A DNA stretch of 64,000 bases from Octopus vulgaris (taxonomy: Eukaryota). Of this stretch, positions 60,883 through 64,000 are shown piece after piece. Under the pieces are notes generated by a model, which saw only the letters and a program-made list of their open reading frames with translations, ran no database searches and was not told where the DNA came from. The stretch covers positions 72,850,001 to 72,914,000 of the forward strand of contig OX597826.1 in NCBI GenBank assembly GCA_951406725.2. The letters are read 5' to 3'. How positions within the stretch are numbered: position 1 is the first letter of the stretch; each line of letters opens with the position of its first letter. Made by a program: the position numbers and the translations under genes.

Positions 60883-62058
60883 ATGTTGAATATATTAGAA
60901 ACGGATTCTACGCGTATAAAAACCAGTTATAACTGTAATAATGACCAAGAAAACACAAAATATGAAGAAAATGTTTTGAGTATTTGCTCTGACATGTCCA
61001 ATTTGAAGATTTCCTCTTCTGAAGATGAAAATATCTCATTCTCAGATAAATGTGTTGTGTGTGATGTGGTATTAACTAGCGAAGCTAATGCTAAGCAACA
61101 TTTTGAAGGTAGGAAACACCAGAAAAAAGTTCAAAGTCAATCTGAACCAATCTTTCCAAACAGGACACCTGAAAATTCATTCGTTGACTGTCATACACCA
61201 GTAAACTTACCTGTAAATAATGAATATAAATGTGTTGTATGTGAAGTGGCATTTACTAGCTCAGTTATTGCCAAGCAACATTTTGAAGGTAAGAGACATC
61301 AGAAGAATGTTCTAAGTCAACCTATAGCAGCCGTTTCAAACAGTCCACCTGATAATTATTCCCAAGGCTTCCACACCCAGGAAAATGGGCCTGAAATAAA
61401 TAAAGACGAATGCAAGTTGTGTGATGTCAAATTTACAAGTCCCTCTCAGGCTGCCGATCATCTGAAAGGTAAAATGCACCAGAAAAATTTTAATACAATG
61501 TCTGCTTTTAGAGCGAATATTAAATTGGAGTGTGATACATGTGGTGTTGTATTTTCTGGAATAGTTGACTTCAAAGCACACTTTGCTGGTCGGAAACATC
61601 AAAGAGCTATTGAAAACAGAACTACCTTACCAAAATTAATTGCTGAGTCAGCTTCTCCTCAGAAACTTTTCCCTGTTGCAGCTGAAGCTTCCCAAGTTGA
61701 AGATAAGTGCAAGTTATGTGATGTAGTGTTTACTAGTGCAGTTACTGCTAAGCAGCATTTTGAAGGTTGGAAGCACTTGAAAAAACTTTCAGCTGAATCA
61801 GTCAATTCCAAAACTACATTTGAAAGTTCTCCTGGTTTTTTCTCTCCAACAGACATACCTTCAAAATACCCAAATAAATGTGATGTGTGTAATATAGTTT
61901 TAACAAGTGCTGCTAATGCTACGGAACATATGCAAGGCAAAAATCATTTGAAAAATGTTAATCTGAAAACTATCTCTAATGGTTCCATTCATCATTCTAC
62001 TGACAACGAATTCAATATCAACAACAATTGCAACAAAAGCTATTCAAAGAATATTTAA
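60883..62058 (+). CDS. ZNF385/ZNF346(JAZ)-like protein with six U1/matrin-type C2H2 zinc fingers (391 aa, single coding exon)
   Basis: Six C-x2-C-x12-H-x5-H fingers with the HxxGxxH signature (e.g. CVVCDVVLTSEANAKQHFEGRKH), separated by long linkers and lacking TGEKP linkers. First ATG at 60883 (aaaATG). Confidence 0.9.
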   Translation: MLNILETDSTRIKTSYNCNNDQENTKYEENVLSICSDMSNLKISSSEDENISFSDKCVVCDVVLTSEANAKQHFEGRKHQKKVQSQSEPIFPNRTPENSFVDCHTPVNLPVNNEYKCVVCEVAFTSSVIAKQHFEGKRHQKNVLSQPIAAVSNSPPDNYSQGFHTQENGPEINKDECKLCDVKFTSPSQAADHLKGKMHQKNFNTMSAFRANIKLECDTCGVVFSGIVDFKAHFAGRKHQRAIENRTTLPKLIAESASPQKLFPVAAEASQVEDKCKLCDVVFTSAVTAKQHFEGWKHLKKLSAESVNSKTTFESSPGFFSPTDIPSKYPNKCDVCNIVLTSAANATEHMQGKNHLKNVNLKTISNGSIHHSTDNEFNINNNCNKSYSKNI

Positions 62059-63499
62059 GAAGTAACTTAAACAGAAACAATTCTAGTAGAACTTATACCA
62101 TGTGAACCTTGTGTGATGTGGATGAATATTCTAAAGTATTTAATAATTTTCGCAATGGCAAATTTAATTTAAAAAACTAAAGTGAGCAGGAAATCTAAGT
62201 TCCAAACTGTTGATGTAACTGATGATTGAGATGAAGAGGAAATTTTTACTGGAGAAAGGAATACAAAATATTGTTAACCATTTATGTGAAATGGTTAGGA
62301 AATAATATCAGTTGATGCATAAATGTTGATAAAACACAGATGTATTGATACATGGAAATGTGGACAAAGTAGAGATATTGATATTTAAAATGTTGGCAAA
62401 ATAGTTCTTACATTATGTTGACAAACGGATATTAATATATGGAATCTCAGTAAAATAACATTAGCGATGTTGACTGAAATTATGATATTGGCCCACAAAT
62501 TTGGGATATTGATACAAAGTGCTGACAAAATAATGATGATGACATATTGGTCAATAGAGATATTGACCCATGGTATGTGGGCAAATAATATTAAAGGTAG
62601 TTCTGATTCATGGAATGTGGGAAAACAGTGATGTTAACATGAAATATTCTCAAAATAATTGAAAAGATTCTTATTGCATTTTGTTTGTTTATTGATGCTG
62701 GATGTACTGGTTCCAATCTGGAGTTCCATCGTTGTCTCAGTTCTTTGTCGTTTAACGCACAAAAGGATGGCTTAAACCACTGATATTTATTCTTGTTGCA
62801 TATCTTGTGATGCTGTGTTGCTGCCTGGATGCTTCTTCTTATCACCAAACTTTTGAAATAAAAATATTTTACAAAACTCATCATTTGTACATTATTCTCT
62901 TAGATTCTTTAGAGTTTATTGTAATCTACAAAGCTTACAGGGCACACACATGCACTGGTAACATTGACATATTAAAGAGCAACAAAAATATATCTGTTAA
63001 TATAATGACATTATTGAGGCAGCAAGCTGGCGGAATCGTTAGCATGCCAGGCAAAATTATTAGTGGCATTTCATCTATCTTTATGTTCAGTGTTCAAATT
63101 CCACCAAGTTTGACTTCCATCTTTTCAGAGTCAATAAGATAAGTACCAGTTGAGCACTGGGGTTGATGTAATTGACTTAACCCTTCTTCTTAATTTGCTG
63201 GTCTTTTGCCAAAATTTAAAACCAATATAATGACAACACGAGAATACAGAAGTCGCAGTTTCAATCTAGACACTTCAGTAGAAACATTGGTATGAGATAC
63301 ACTAAAGGAGAAATAATTTTTAGATGTGTTGAACTTCTTGATTTCAAACAGCTTACACCACACACGCTTGCTTCTTAGCCTATATGCTCTTTTTTTTATG
63401 CACTCATACAAGATGTTTGGGTTAAATTTGACAATTTGTATAAAAGGGAAAGAAAACAATATCTCATCTAAAAAGAAAAGAATTTTTTAAAATCAAAAT

Positions 63500-64000
63500 G
63501 TGTCAACTAGATTATGGCTGGTAGATAACAGTTTACTCAAGGTAGCCACTGTAAGCTACTACAGTGGCCTCAAGACTGCTCCAGAACTTGGTGCATGCAT
63601 ACCTCACTGTGTCCCTGGGAAGACCTTTGAAAACCTTCTTATCCTTGGACTCCAGTTCAGGCCTTAGTATTGCAGGCAGAGTGGTTGGTGTTCTTCTCAA
63701 CCACACCCCACAAACGGGAATTAGGTGACCAGAAACTGGGGCTGATCAAGTCATAGAAATTCTCTAACAACCATTTCTGACTCTTTCCAGAGCGATGGCA
63801 TGGATCTGAATCTTGCTGACACACATATGGCCCTCCAACAGCAACCCTCTTCAATCAAGGTTTCACCAAAACATCCAGCTGTTTCACATAGCCTTCTAAA
63901 TTGAGCCTGAGACCCTGCTTAAAACTGGGACAACTTGATGTCACCTTTACTGGAGATATACCCAGAGGCCACCACAACAGCTTTGTAGTGTCCGTTGCAG
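63500..64000 (-). mobile_element. Decayed Tc1/mariner-superfamily transposase fragment (DD37D/maT-like), runs off the window
   Basis: PYVCQQDSDPCHRSGKSQKWLLENF...FWSPNS..WGVVEK matches the QQDxAPxH and WPPNSPD catalytic motifs, with a deletion. Confidence 0.7.

Overview
AT-rich, microsatellite- and SINE-dense animal genomic DNA. The repeat families and composition point to an octopus; this is inferred, not searched. Almost all ORFs in the supplied track are microsatellite or SINE artefacts. Four genes can be supported. (1) The first coding exon and promoter of a Nup153 orthologue on the minus strand (2431-2508), running out of the window. (2) A six-exon, phase-consistent C8orf89-like gene on the plus strand (10521-38926, about 314 aa, with a 21-kb first intron). 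(3) A complete COX6C gene on the minus strand (coding exons 48485-48651 and 43945-44038, 86 aa, with non-coding first and last exons). (4) A single-coding-exon gene for a protein with six U1/matrin (ZNF385/ZNF346-type) zinc fingers (60883-62058). Mobile DNA includes fragments of CRE, RTE and Penelope-like retroelements, Helitrons, Tc1/mariner, piggyBac-type and Merlin-like MITEs, and at least four tRNA-derived SINE families. Two signals stand out. About ten minimal type I hammerhead ribozyme motifs of several distinct sequence families sit in short, often fold-back, (TA)n-associated Penelope-like elements. An array of about 30 hairpin units, bracketed by inverted SINEs, lies just upstream of the RNA-binding zinc-finger gene.
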